Numbered from the stretch's first letter, positions 28,044 to 40,051 are shown. The stretch is DNA of 64,000 nt from Candidatus Latescibacterota bacterium (GCA_965248355.1 OZ252098.1:1632001-1696000), one strand, 5' to 3'. Translations and numbers: made by a program. Notes: a model not told the origin generated them from the letters alone.

Positions 28044-30533
28044 CTATCCGGCCAGCACCGCCAGCAGCCGCATGCGCTCGACCGCCTGCGTCCACAGGGC
28101 CGTCTCCCGGGCGAGGCCGTAGAGCAGGACGATGGCCGCCACCTGCACGGCCGCGTGCACGGGCGGGATCGTTCCCGGCGTCTCCGGCGCCGGCGGCCAG
28201 CGCCAGCGCCGCGACCGCCACAGCCCGGCGAGCCAGAGGAGGGCGGCTCCGGCGGCGATGGCCGAGCCCGCCGCAAGGGAGGCCGGCCGGTAGCGGAAGG
28301 AGACGAGGCGGTCCGCCGCCGTCACGGGCACCGCCCGGAAGACGTGGTTGGCCTCGAGGATCTCGCGCCCGCTCCCGTCGACCCGGGCCTCCCAGCCCGG
28401 GGCGTAGCTGTCGGCGAGCACCAGGAACCCGTCCCGCCCGGGCAGCTCCACGTCCACGGCCGTCGCCTCGTAGCGGGTGATCCGCGCCGGGGCGTAACCG
28501 GCTCCGGGGGTCGGCGCCCTGCCCGGAGCGCGGTCCAGGACGACTGACTGCCGAGGGTCGAAGCCGGGGGCGCGAAGCCGCTCCAGCCGCCGGCGCGGAT
28601 CCGGTTCGACCACGGCCCCGGGCACCACCCAGGCCCTGGGCAGGGCCTGCAGGTTGCGGTAGACGCGCTCCTGGCCCGCGTGCACCAGCTCGAGGGCCGG
28701 CGTCGACAGCGGCCGGTGGCTGATCACGTACCCGGCGTTGGCCAGGTCCAGCCGGGCCGGATAGGCCGAGGTCAGCTCCCAGTGGCGGCGCGGGTGCAGG
28801 GGGCTCCACCCCGGCAGGGTGTTGGCCAGGCCGTAGAGCCCGGCGGAGTACATGCGCAGGGTCCCCGGATAGCGCTCGTACGAGGAGCGGTCGTGGACCC
28901 AGCCGCCGTGCCAGTCGTACGGCGAGTTCCGCTCCGACACCAGGCTCGCCACGCGCACCATCCCGGACATGGGCACGCCCGGGCCGGCCCCCGGCCGCCA
29001 GCGGGCGGCGTCGGCCCGCACCGCCCGGGCCGCCGCCGGGACGCGCTCGTACACCTGGGGCGGGAGGACCCCGTTGAAGGGCCGGCCGAAGTCGTTCAGC
29101 TCGGCCAGGCAGAGGGCCGCCATGGCGACGGCCAGGGCCCGAGGCCCGAGGCGGCGCCGGACCGGCGCGGCGGTGAGCAGGGCGATGGCGACCAGGGCCG
29201 GGGCCAAACGCCTCAGGTCGGCGGCCAGATCGGCGCGATAGCGCTCCACCAGCAGCTCCCGGCCGGGGGGAAGGAGCGCCTCGCCCCAGAGAACCGGGCC
29301 GTTGACCAGAGTTGCGAGCCCGGCCGCCAGGGCCAGGACGGCGCAGACCCGGGTCCAGGAGGTCCGCAGCGGCCGGCGGTCGGCGAGCCGGTCGACGCCC
29401 AGGCCGGCCAGGACGGCGCCGGCGAAGGCCCACCACAGCAGAAAGCGCGTGGGGATGCGCAACTGGCGCAGGAAGGGGACCTCGTGGAGGGCGTGGAACA
29501 GACCCGAGTAGTGGCCCAGGGAGAGGACCAGGCCGAGGACGGCGAGGAGGGCGAAGAACCCCCGTACCGGCGACTCCCCCTCGCGCACCGCGATGAGGGC
29601 CAGGACGAGAGCGGCGACGCCGATGTAGGGGCAGAGCTGGATGAAGAAGCCGGCCTCCCGCCCCCAGTAGGACCCGGTGGCCGAGTTGCCGAAGAAGTCG
29701 GGGAGCAGCAGACACACCAGACGCTCGGGCGGCAGGGACATGCTGACGAACTGCTCGTAGCCGAGTCCGCCGCCCCGCGCCGACTCGGCGGCCAGCTCCC
29801 AGGTCGGCAGCAGCTGCACCGCCGCCACCACCGCCCCGGGCAGCGCCAGCAGCGCCGCCAGGGCCGCCTGCCGCCGTCCGAGCTGCCAGGCCCGCAGGGC
29901 CCCGTAGGCGGCGGCGGCCAGCACTCCGTAGAGGGCGGCCTGGGGGTGGCCGGTCAGCAGTTGCAGGGCCACCACCCCCCCGGCCAGGACGATGCGCAGC
30001 GGCCGGCCGCGCGCCAGACCGCTCTCCAGGAGCCAGAACAGGACCGGCAGCAGGGCGGCGGCGGCGACGAAGTTCGGCGACATGGCGCGCACCACCAGGT
30101 AGCCGCCGAGGCCGTAGGTCAGCCCCCCGGTGAGCGCCGGAAGGCGCCCGCAGCCAAGGGCGCGCAGGAAGGCCCAGGTGGCGGCGGCGGCCAGCCAGAG
30201 GTGGGCGAGCACCGACCAGGTCACCGCCGCCGCGGGCGGCAGCAACAGGGCGGCGAGCCAGTTGGGCGGGTAGAGAGCCCCCACCTGACCCTCCGCGAAG
30301 AGGGGGAACCCGCAGTTGACGAGCGGCTCCCACAGCGGCAGCCGGCCCTCGGCGAGGGCCTCGTGCAGGAAGTGGCGGAAGGGGACGTTCTGCACCATCA
30401 CGTCCTGCACGAAGAACACCCCGCCCTCCAGGACCGGGCCGGGAAAGAGCGAGGCCACGGCCAGGGCCAGCAGGGCCAGGCAGCCGGGCCCGGCGTAGCG
30501 GTCAGCACGGATGGGAACGGTCCGGGATGCCAT
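28044..30533 (-). CDS. YfhO-family membrane protein (predicted GT-C glycosyltransferase)
   Basis: G.LPLWEP..NCGFPLFAE.Q.GALYP, GHPQ, AAVQLLP, YIG, LRIPTRF, YRN..ALPRAW, LADSYAPGWEARVDG, ANHVFRAV, FRYRP. Confidence 0.9.
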   Translation of the reverse strand: MASRTVPIRADRYAGPGCLALLALAVASLFPGPVLEGGVFFVQDVMVQNVPFRHFLHEALAEGRLPLWEPLVNCGFPLFAEGQVGALYPPNWLAALLLPPAAAVTWSVLAHLWLAAAATWAFLRALGCGRLPALTGGLTYGLGGYLVVRAMSPNFVAAAALLPVLFWLLESGLARGRPLRIVLAGGVVALQLLTGHPQAALYGVLAAAAYGALRAWQLGRRQAALAALLALPGAVVAAVQLLPTWELAAESARGGGLGYEQFVSMSLPPERLVCLLLPDFFGNSATGSYWGREAGFFIQLCPYIGVAALVLALIAVREGESPVRGFFALLAVLGLVLSLGHYSGLFHALHEVPFLRQLRIPTRFLLWWAFAGAVLAGLGVDRLADRRPLRTSWTRVCAVLALAAGLATLVNGPVLWGEALLPPGRELLVERYRADLAADLRRLAPALVAIALLTAAPVRRRLGPRALAVAMAALCLAELNDFGRPFNGVLPPQVYERVPAAARAVRADAARWRPGAGPGVPMSGMVRVASLVSERNSPYDWHGGWVHDRSSYERYPGTLRMYSAGLYGLANTLPGWSPLHPRRHWELTSAYPARLDLANAGYVISHRPLSTPALELVHAGQERVYRNLQALPRAWVVPGAVVEPDPRRRLERLRAPGFDPRQSVVLDRAPGRAPTPGAGYAPARITRYEATAVDVELPGRDGFLVLADSYAPGWEARVDGSGREILEANHVFRAVPVTAADRLVSFRYRPASLAAGSAIAAGAALLWLAGLWRSRRWRWPPAPETPGTIPPVHAAVQVAAIVLLYGLARETALWTQAVERMRLLAVLAG

Positions 30534-30581
30534 GGCGCATCGTTCTCTTCGAAGGCTCGCCGCGTCGGGTGGGGGTCCTCC

Positions 30582-30646
30582 AACCTATCCCGCGCGGCCG
30601 GGAAGGTCAATCGGGATTTGCCGTAACCCTAAGCCGGGCCTACATT
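30582..30646. promoter_or_regulatory. Back-to-back divergent sigma-70-type promoters
   Basis: Minus strand TTGACC-17-TAGGTT (30610 to 30582); plus strand TTGCCG-17-TACATT (30618-30646). Confidence 0.6.
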
Positions 30647-30693
30647 TGGCGCCTTTCTGCTGCACCCTTGCAGGCGGGCCCGGCCTCTGACAC

Positions 30694-31821
30694 ATGAAGA
30701 AGATCCTGGTCACCGGCGGCGCCGGATTCATCGGCTCCCACACCGTCGACCTGCTCCTCGAGCGCGGCTACGAGGTCCGGGTCTACGACGCCCTGCAGGA
30801 GCGGGTCCATCCCAGGGGCTGGCCCGACTACCTGCCGGCGGAGATCGACCGCATCCGCGGCGACGTGCGCGACGCCGACGCCCTCCGCCGGGCCCTGGAG
30901 GGCGTCGACGGGGTCGTGCACCTGGCCGCCTACCAGGACTACATGCCCGACTTCGGCACCTATTTCGCCGTCAACGCGGTGGGCACGGCCCTGCTCTTCG
31001 AGGCCGTCGTCGCCCACCGCCTGCCGGTGCGCAAGATCGTGCTGGCCTCCTCCCAGGCCGTCTACGGCGAGGGGAGCTACCGGTGCGGCCGGTGCGGGAC
31101 GGTCCACCCCCCGGCCCGCACCCGGGAGCAGCTGTCGCGGGGCGACTGGGAGGTCCCCTGCCCCCTGTGCGGCGGTCCGGCCGAGCCCCTGCCGCTGACC
31201 GAGGACCTCCCCCTCCACCCCCACACGGCCTACGGCATCTCCAAGCACACCCTGGAGATGACGGCCCTGAGCCTGGGCCGGCGCTACGGCATCCCGGTGA
31301 CCAACATGCGCTACTCCATCGTGCAGGGAGAGCGCAACTCCTTCTACAACGCCTACAGCGGCGTGGCCCGGATCTTCACCCTGCAGCTGCTCCACGACCG
31401 CGCGCCGGTGATCTACGAGGACGGCCGCCAGCGGCGGGACTACGTCCACGTCCTCGACGCGGCCCGGGCCAACCTCCTCGCTCTCGAGGACGAGCGCACC
31501 GACTTCACCAGCCTGAACGTGGCCGGGCAGCGGACGACGACCGTCGTCGAGGTGGCGCGCCTGCTGGCCGCCATCTGCGGCAGGGAGGAGATCGAGCCCG
31601 AGATCTCCGGGGAGTACCGCCTGGGCGACGCCCGCCACACCGTCTCCTCGGGGGAGCGCATGGGCGGCCTCGGCTGGCGCCCGAGGGCGGCCCCGGAGGA
31701 GTTCCTGCGCGACTACGTGGAGTGGGTCCGGCGGCAGCCGGACCTGGCCGACTTCTACGCCCGCAGCCGCCGGAACATGCGCGCCGCCGGCGTCATCCGG
31801 CAGGCCGCGGGGGCCCGGTGA
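30694..31821 (+). CDS. NAD-dependent nucleotide-sugar epimerase/dehydratase (extended SDR)
   Basis: ILVTGGAGFIGSH, HLAA, ASSQAVYGEG, YGISK, DG.Q.RDYVHV.D; CxxC...CxxC insert. Confidence 0.93.
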   Translation: MKKILVTGGAGFIGSHTVDLLLERGYEVRVYDALQERVHPRGWPDYLPAEIDRIRGDVRDADALRRALEGVDGVVHLAAYQDYMPDFGTYFAVNAVGTALLFEAVVAHRLPVRKIVLASSQAVYGEGSYRCGRCGTVHPPARTREQLSRGDWEVPCPLCGGPAEPLPLTEDLPLHPHTAYGISKHTLEMTALSLGRRYGIPVTNMRYSIVQGERNSFYNAYSGVARIFTLQLLHDRAPVIYEDGRQRRDYVHVLDAARANLLALEDERTDFTSLNVAGQRTTTVVEVARLLAAICGREEIEPEISGEYRLGDARHTVSSGERMGGLGWRPRAAPEEFLRDYVEWVRRQPDLADFYARSRRNMRAAGVIRQAAGAR

Positions 31822-32816
31822 TCACCACGCGGGCGCCGCTGAGGATCCCCCTCGGCGGGGGCGGCACCGACCTGCCCTCCTATTCCGGGCAGCACGGCGG
31901 CTTCATCCTCTCCGCCGCCATCGACAAGTACGTCTACATCCAGCTCAACGCCCTGCAGGTCGAGGACTTCGTGCGCGTCAAGTACTCCCGCACCGAGCGC
32001 GTCGACGCCGTATCCGACCTCGAGCACCCGCTGTTGCGCGAGTCGCTCCTGCACCTGGGCATCGCCGGCGGCCTCGAGATCGGGGCCATGGCCGACGTGC
32101 CGGGGCGCACCGGTCTGGGCTCCTCCGGAGCTTTCACCGTGGCCCTCCTGGCCGCCCTGCGCGAGTTCCTCGGCCAGCCGCTGCCCAGGGCCCACCTGGC
32201 CGAGGAGGCCCACCACGTGGAGGCCGTGCGCGCCGGCCAGCCGGCGGGCCGGCACGACCACTACCTGGCCGCCTTCGGGGGCCTCACCTGCCTCGAGATC
32301 GACCCCTCCGGCCGGGTCTCCGTCAGCACCCCGAGGATCTCCGAAGAGACCCTGGGGGAGCTGCGCGACGGTCTGGTCCTGTTCTACACCGGCATCCAGC
32401 GGGAGAGCTTCGACATCCTCTCGCAGCAGGAGCGGGAGACGCGCGCCGGCAAGGCCTCCGTCATCGACGGCCTGCACGAGATCAAGCGGCTCGGCCTCGA
32501 CATCCGGGACGCCCTCGAGGGCGGCGACCTCGACCGCTTCGGCCGGCTGCTGCACGCGCACTGGGAGACCAAGAAGAGGCGCTCCGCGAAGATGTCCAAC
32601 CCCGAGATCGACCGCTGGTACGGCGAGGCCCGGCGCGCCGGCGCCCTCGGGGGCAAGCTCATGGGGGCCGGCGGCGGCGGCTTCCTGATGTTTTATTGTC
32701 CCCCCGAGGCGCGGGACGGCCTGCGGCGGCGCCTGCGGGCCGAGGGCCTGCGCGAGATGGGCTTCCGCTTCGACGCCGAGGGCGCCAAGGTGCTGACCAA
32801 CACCGGGGGGGCATGA
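31818..32816 (+). CDS. hddA: GHMP sugar kinase, D-glycero-alpha-D-manno-heptose-7-phosphate kinase-like
   Basis: RAPLRI.LGGGGTDLPSY, AIDKY, DVPGRTGLGSSG, GALGGKLMGAGGGGF. Confidence 0.85.
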   Translation: MITTRAPLRIPLGGGGTDLPSYSGQHGGFILSAAIDKYVYIQLNALQVEDFVRVKYSRTERVDAVSDLEHPLLRESLLHLGIAGGLEIGAMADVPGRTGLGSSGAFTVALLAALREFLGQPLPRAHLAEEAHHVEAVRAGQPAGRHDHYLAAFGGLTCLEIDPSGRVSVSTPRISEETLGELRDGLVLFYTGIQRESFDILSQQERETRAGKASVIDGLHEIKRLGLDIRDALEGGDLDRFGRLLHAHWETKKRRSAKMSNPEIDRWYGEARRAGALGGKLMGAGGGGFLMFYCPPEARDGLRRRLRAEGLREMGFRFDAEGAKVLTNTGGA

Positions 32817-33412
32817 GCAACAGGGACTACATCGAGGGGTACCTGAACCGCATGGCCGCCGTCATCGGGGATCTGCCGCGGCCCGAGATCGACGCCGCCA
32901 TCGACCTGCTGTTCGAGGCCTGGCGCTCGGGGAAGACGGTCTACCTGGCCGGCAACGGCGGCTCCGCCTCCACGGCCAGCCACTTCGCGTGCGACCTGGC
33001 CAAGTGGACCGTGTGCGCGGGCAAGCCCCGCTTCCGGGTTCTCGCCCTGACCGACAACATGCCCCTCTTCAGCGCCCTGATGAACGACGAGGGGACGGAC
33101 TCGGTCTACGCGGAGCAGTTGGAGGCCTTCGTCGGCGAGGGCGACGTGCTGATCCTCATCAGCGTCCACGGCGGCTCGGGGGCGGGGAACGCCGGCGCCT
33201 GGTCCGGCAATCTGCTTCGGGCCCTGCAGGTCGCCAGGGACCGCGGCGCCCGCACCCTGGGGCTCAGCGGGTTCGACGGGGGCGCCCTGAAGCAGCTGGC
33301 CGACCTCTGCATCGTCGTGCCCGTCGACTCCACGCCGCAGGTGGAGTCCTTCCACCTCGCCCTGCAGCACCTCATCTGCGACCGCCTGCGGCAGCGCATC
33401 GCCGCCGCCTGA
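32813..33412 (+). CDS. gmhA: Sedoheptulose-7-phosphate isomerase (SIS domain)
   Basis: AGNGGSASTASHFACDL, ALMND, GDVLILIS, GLSGFDGG, VESFHL..QH. Confidence 0.88.
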   Translation: MSNRDYIEGYLNRMAAVIGDLPRPEIDAAIDLLFEAWRSGKTVYLAGNGGSASTASHFACDLAKWTVCAGKPRFRVLALTDNMPLFSALMNDEGTDSVYAEQLEAFVGEGDVLILISVHGGSGAGNAGAWSGNLLRALQVARDRGARTLGLSGFDGGALKQLADLCIVVPVDSTPQVESFHLALQHLICDRLRQRIAAA

Positions 33413-33425
33413 ACGGAAGGACAGC

Positions 33426-34091
33426 ATGGAGCTCTTCATCGACAGCGCCGACCTGGAGGAGGTGCGGCAGGCCGCCGCCCTCGGCGTCGTCTCCGGGTGC
33501 ACGACCAACCCGAAGCTGGCCGCCGCCGCCGAGCCCGGCAGCCTGCGCCGGCGGGTGCAGGAGATCCTGGCCTGCATCGATGGCCCGGTGAGCGTCGAGG
33601 TCGTGGCAGACAGCGTCGAGGGCATGCTCGACGAGGCCTCGGGGTACGCCGACTGGGACCCGCGCGTCGTCGTCAAGATCCCCATGTCGATGGAGGGCCT
33701 GCAGGCGGTGCACGTGCTGGAGGGGGAGCGCGACGTCCGGGTCAACGTGACCTGCATGATGAACTCCAGCCAGGCGGCCCTGGCGATGATGGCCGGGGCC
33801 AGCTACGTGAGCCTGTTCGTCGGACGCATCACCGACCTGGGCAACGACGCCGACGCCGCCATCGCCGAGACGGCGCGGTTCATCGAGCACGGCGGCTTCC
33901 CGGCCCGCATCATCGCCGGCAGCATGCGTTCCGTCGGGGACATTCAGCGCTCCTTCCTCGCCGGCGCCCACATCGTCACCACTCCCTACCGGCTCCTGCC
34001 GGCCATGGTCCACCACCCGCGCACGGTGGAGACCATCGACGAGTTCAAGGCCGCCTGGGACGAGGCCCGGCAGCGGGGCGGCCTTCGTTGA
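33426..34091 (+). CDS. tal: Transaldolase (short TalC/FSA family)
   Basis: LFIDSADLEEV, GCTTNP, GPVSVEV, VVKIP, VNVT, YVSLFVGRI, HHPRT. Confidence 0.9.
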   Translation: MELFIDSADLEEVRQAAALGVVSGCTTNPKLAAAAEPGSLRRRVQEILACIDGPVSVEVVADSVEGMLDEASGYADWDPRVVVKIPMSMEGLQAVHVLEGERDVRVNVTCMMNSSQAALAMMAGASYVSLFVGRITDLGNDADAAIAETARFIEHGGFPARIIAGSMRSVGDIQRSFLAGAHIVTTPYRLLPAMVHHPRTVETIDEFKAAWDEARQRGGLR

Positions 34092-34939
34092 CGGAGGGCG
34101 CCCTCGATCTCGGAGGCGTCGAGGTCCTGCCCCTCCTCGCCGGCCGCATGCGGCTCGACGGCGGCGCCATGTTCGGCGTCGTGCCCCGGCCCCTGTGGCA
34201 GCGCGCCTGCCCTCCCGACGACCGCAACCGCATCGACAACGCCTGCCGCGGCCTGCTGGTGCGCACCCGGGACGGCCTGGCGCTGGTCGACACCGGCTGC
34301 GGCGACCGCTTCGACGAGCGCTCCCGGGAGATCTTCGCCGTCGACCCGGAGGTCACCCTCCTCGCGGCGCTCCACGAGGCCGGCGTCGCCCCCGCCGAGA
34401 TCACCCACGTGGTGCTCACCCACCTGCACTTCGACCACGCCGCCGGGGCCGTGATCCAACGGGACGGCGGGCTCCACCCCCTGTTCCCCGGCGCCGTGCA
34501 CGTGGTGCAGCGAGGCGAGTGGGAGGACGCTCGCAAGGGCATCTCCATCATGCGCTCCAGCTATGCGCCCGCCGACCTGGAGGCCCTGGGCGCCGTGCGC
34601 TGGGAGCTGGGCGAAGGCGACGAGTCGATCCTGCCGCAGCTCTCGGTGCAGGTCACGGGGGGCCACACCCGTCACCATCAGGCGGTCTGGGTCCACGGCG
34701 GCCGCCGGCGCCTCCTCTTCCCCGGGGACATCCTGCCGTCGCGCCACCACCTGAGCCCGTACTGGATCATGGCCTACGACATGTTCCCCCACCAGACCCT
34801 GCGAGTGAAGGGGGCCCTGGTCCGCCGTGTGCACGAGGAGGGCTGCGTGCTCGCCTGGGACCACGATCCCGAGGGCCCCTTCAGCCGGCTGGTCCGCGGG
34901 GAGCGCGGCGGCTACCGCGCCACGGGCCTGGAGGGCTGA
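34088..34939 (+). CDS. MBL-fold metallo-hydrolase (YtnP-like)
   Basis: LDGGAMFGVVP..LW, LVDTG.G, THLHFDHA, TGGHT..H, GD. Confidence 0.9.
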   Translation: MTEGALDLGGVEVLPLLAGRMRLDGGAMFGVVPRPLWQRACPPDDRNRIDNACRGLLVRTRDGLALVDTGCGDRFDERSREIFAVDPEVTLLAALHEAGVAPAEITHVVLTHLHFDHAAGAVIQRDGGLHPLFPGAVHVVQRGEWEDARKGISIMRSSYAPADLEALGAVRWELGEGDESILPQLSVQVTGGHTRHHQAVWVHGGRRRLLFPGDILPSRHHLSPYWIMAYDMFPHQTLRVKGALVRRVHEEGCVLAWDHDPEGPFSRLVRGERGGYRATGLEG

Positions 34940-34987
34940 AGGGCCGCCTGTTCGCGGCCATCGGCGGCGCCCCCTATACTGCTTGAC

Positions 34988-35224
34988 ATGTCCCTCGAAG
35001 TCATTGAATTGTCCCACAAGCACCGCCGCCTCCTCGACCGCCTCGGGGAGTTGATCCCCGACCTGGACCCGGCCCGGACGGAGAGCCTGCAGCGCATCTT
35101 CGGGCTGGGTTTGATCGCCCTCACCATGCAGGTCACCAGCAAGGCGCGGGAGAACGAGAAGGACGAGCTCGTGGAGGAGCTGGGCACCCTGGCCCGGGAG
35201 ATGGTCCAGGAGGAGCAGTGGTAG
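34988..35224 (+). CDS. Small hypothetical protein (78 aa)
   Basis: Fills the intergenic gap, host-like codons, helical composition, TATACT 7 nt upstream. Confidence 0.65.
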   Translation: MSLEVIELSHKHRRLLDRLGELIPDLDPARTESLQRIFGLGLIALTMQVTSKARENEKDELVEELGTLAREMVQEEQW

Positions 35225-35994
35225 GCGGCTCCCTCGGCCTGTTCTCCCTGGAGGGGCAGACGGCCCTGGTCACCGGGGGCAGCAAGGGCCTCGGCGAGGC
35301 CATGGCCGGCGCCCTGGCCGGGGCCGGGGCCGACGTGGTCATCACCAGCCGGCACCTCGACGAGGCCCGGTCGGCGGCCGAGGCGATCGCCGCCGAGAGC
35401 GGCCGCCGGGTGCTGCCCGTGGAGGCCGATGCCGGCGACCGGGACCAGGCGGAGGGCTCGGTGAGGGAGGCCGTCGAGCGCTTCGGCCATCTGGACATCC
35501 TCGTGAACAACGCCGGCGTCAATCTGCGGGCCCCGATCCTGGAGATGGAGGACGAGGCCTGGGAGACGGTCATCGGCATCAATCTCACGGGGCCGTTCTA
35601 CTACTGCCGCGCCGCCGGCCGGCACATGGTCGAGCGCGGCCACGGCCGGGTGATCAACATCGGCTCCACCCTGTCCTCCGTCTCGATCCCCCACCGCACG
35701 CCGTACGCCTCCAGCAAGGGCGGCATCCTGCAGCTGACCCGGACCCTGGCGCTGGAGTGGGCGGGAACGGGGGTGACCGCCAACTGCATCTGTCCGGGCC
35801 CCTTCGCCACGCCCATCAACCAGCCCCTGCTCGACGATCCGGAGGCGGCGCGGGCCATGCGGGACAAGGTCCCCCTGGGCCGGTGGGGCGATCCGGCCGA
35901 GCTGGCCACGGCGGTCCTCTACTTCGCCTCTCCCGCCTCCTCCTTCACCACCGGGGCGGCCCTCGTCGTCGACGGAGGCTACACCGCCCAGTAG
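35218..35994 (+). CDS. SDR oxidoreductase (gluconate 5-dehydrogenase/FabG-like)
   Basis: TGGSKGLG, DILVNNAG, YASSK, N.I.PG, VDGG. Confidence 0.93.
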   Translation: MVGGSLGLFSLEGQTALVTGGSKGLGEAMAGALAGAGADVVITSRHLDEARSAAEAIAAESGRRVLPVEADAGDRDQAEGSVREAVERFGHLDILVNNAGVNLRAPILEMEDEAWETVIGINLTGPFYYCRAAGRHMVERGHGRVINIGSTLSSVSIPHRTPYASSKGGILQLTRTLALEWAGTGVTANCICPGPFATPINQPLLDDPEAARAMRDKVPLGRWGDPAELATAVLYFASPASSFTTGAALVVDGGYTAQ

Positions 35995-36078
35995 GTTGCC
36001 ACGAAAGGGCCGGCCGCTATATTTCGGAGCCCCTGCCCAGGCATCGACCCCGCCAAGCGGATACCGCACGAATACCCC

Positions 36079-36897
36079 GTGGCTCCTCCTGAGACCGTCG
36101 TCAGCGGTTTGCAATCCCCGTACGGGATCGCCTTCGACGCCGACGACGTTCTCTTCGTCTCCGAATCCGGCGCCAACCGCATCGTCCGCATCGAGGACGG
36201 CCAGGCCGAGCCCTTCGCCCTGACCGGTCCCCGGCCCCTGGGCATCGCCTTCGACGATTCGGGCGATCTCTTCGTGGCCGAGAGCGGACGCCATCACCTG
36301 ATCCTCATCTCCCCCGACGAGGCGGTGGAGGTCTACGCCCACAGCTGCCGGGGCCGCCGTTTCGTCAGCCCGCGCCAGCTCTGCTTCGAGCCCACGGGGG
36401 ATGTCCTCTTCAGCGACTCCGGGCACGGGGAGGAGGGCGACGGCTCGGTCTACCGCGCCGATCTCGACGGCGAGGTGACCGAGGTCATCAGCGGGCTGTC
36501 GGCTCCGGCGGGGATGGTGCTGTCCGAGGATGCGGCCATCCTCTACGTCTCCGAGAGGGGACGCCGGCGCGTCCTCTCCCTCGAGATGGACGACGAGGGC
36601 CGGCTGGAGAACCAGCAGGTCTTCTCCGAGTTCGAGGAGGCGGGCCCCGAGGACCTGCTCTTCGACACCCACGGGCACCTGTACGCCAGCTTCCCGGGCC
36701 TGGGGATCGCCGTGATCGATCCGGAGGGCCGGCGCCAGGGTCTGCTCGAGATCCCCGGCGCCGAGGTGGCGGGCATGATCTTCGGCGGGCTCGAGTACGA
36801 CCGGCTCTTCGTGGCCGAGTCGAAGACGGGATCCGTGTACGGCCTGGCCCTGGCGGTGGCGGGCCAGCGGCCCTTCGCCGGCCCCCGCTCGATCTGA
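36079..36897 (+). CDS. SMP-30/gluconolactonase-like beta-propeller protein
   Basis: PYGIAFD, PLGIAFDDSGDLFVAE, GSVYR, LYVSE, GPEDLLFD..G.LY, FGG...DRLFV. Confidence 0.85.
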   Translation: MAPPETVVSGLQSPYGIAFDADDVLFVSESGANRIVRIEDGQAEPFALTGPRPLGIAFDDSGDLFVAESGRHHLILISPDEAVEVYAHSCRGRRFVSPRQLCFEPTGDVLFSDSGHGEEGDGSVYRADLDGEVTEVISGLSAPAGMVLSEDAAILYVSERGRRRVLSLEMDDEGRLENQQVFSEFEEAGPEDLLFDTHGHLYASFPGLGIAVIDPEGRRQGLLEIPGAEVAGMIFGGLEYDRLFVAESKTGSVYGLALAVAGQRPFAGPRSI

Positions 36898-36910
36898 ACC
36901 GCCCGGGGGC

Positions 36911-37699
36911 CTACGACCTCCGGCGCATCCGGCCCCAGACCCACCGGAACAGCCAGTAGAACGACCGCGGCGCGTGGCGCCGCAGGCGGATGGCCATGGC
37001 CACCCAGCGGTCGGCCACGTGCAGCCGGCGCTGCCGCTCCATGGCGCGCAGGATCTCGGCCGCCGCCGCCTCCGGGCCCTTGGAGGGCACCTGCTCGAAG
37101 CGCTCCATGGGGGTCCGGGACACCTCCTGGAACCCGGACCGAACGAGGCCGGGCTCGACGACGGTGACCGAGACCCCCGTGCCGTGCAGCTCGTGGCCCA
37201 GGCTCTCCCCGAGCCCGGTGACGGCGAACTTCGTCGCCCCGTACACGGCGTGCTCCGGCGAGGGCAGCTCGCCAAGGACGCTGGAGACGAAGACCAGCTG
37301 GCCCCGGCCCCGCCGGAGCATGGACGGCAGCACCCGGTGGGTCATGTTCACCACCCCCATCAGGTTGGTGTCGACCACGGCCCGGTGATCTTCCAGGGAG
37401 ACCTCCTCGAAGCGTCCGTACGCCCCTCGGCCGGCGTTGTTCACCAGCACCTCGATCTCCCCCAGATCGGTCTCGACGCGCCCGCAGAGGCCGGCCACCG
37501 CCTCGGCGTCGGAGACGTCGCAGGGAAGGATCAGAGGCTGGCCGCCCGCCAGCTCCGCGGTGCCCCGCAGCGGCCCCGGCCGACGCCCGACCAGGACGAG
37601 CCGGGCGCCTCTGGACGACAGGGCCACGGCCAGGGCGCGGCCGATGCCGTCGCCGGCCCCGGTCACCACCACGACGGCCCCCCCGTAGTCGCGGCCCAT
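36911..37699 (-). CDS. SDR oxidoreductase
   Basis: VTGAGDGIG, LVNNAG, YGATK, PG.VRS. Confidence 0.92.
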   Translation of the reverse strand: MGRDYGGAVVVVTGAGDGIGRALAVALSSRGARLVLVGRRPGPLRGTAELAGGQPLILPCDVSDAEAVAGLCGRVETDLGEIEVLVNNAGRGAYGRFEEVSLEDHRAVVDTNLMGVVNMTHRVLPSMLRRGRGQLVFVSSVLGELPSPEHAVYGATKFAVTGLGESLGHELHGTGVSVTVVEPGLVRSGFQEVSRTPMERFEQVPSKGPEAAAAEILRAMERQRRLHVADRWVAMAIRLRRHAPRSFYWLFRWVWGRMRRRS

Positions 37700-37976
37700 G
37701 GCGGTCAGCGCGGGGGGCCGACCCGTGGGGCCGCGGGCCGGGGCGGCGCAGAGATTTTTCCCGATATGGGAGATTCCTCCGGGTTTCCCCTTGCCAAATC
37801 GAGAATATTCGCTATCTCCTTTATCTGCTGCACATTAGACACCCAGGAGGGCGGTGTTCCGTAGGAATTCCTGCCATAATGAGAAAAGGGGTATCCTAAC
37901 CGAATACATCTCATCATTTGTTCAACCCCCTGTGCCACAACGCGTTGATCCTTCATCGACCGATCCTCCCAGGCCA

Positions 37977-37992
37977 TGGCACGGCCTTTGCA
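37977..37992 (+). promoter_or_regulatory. Sigma-54 (-24/-12) promoter of groESL
   Basis: TGGCACGGCCTTTGCA, a full match to TGGCACG-N4-TTGCW, about 63 nt before groES. Confidence 0.85.
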
Positions 37993-38055
37993 GTTCCCTG
38001 CGTCACAGCCACATCCGGAGGTCGAGACCGACCTCCTTTCCCAAAGGAGAGCATC

Positions 38056-39991
<1,936 letters not shown>

Positions 39992-40051
39992 AAAGTAGAG
40001 AGAGCCGGGGCGACCCCGTCGCCGCCGGAAGTTGCAGCCGCACCACGGTAG

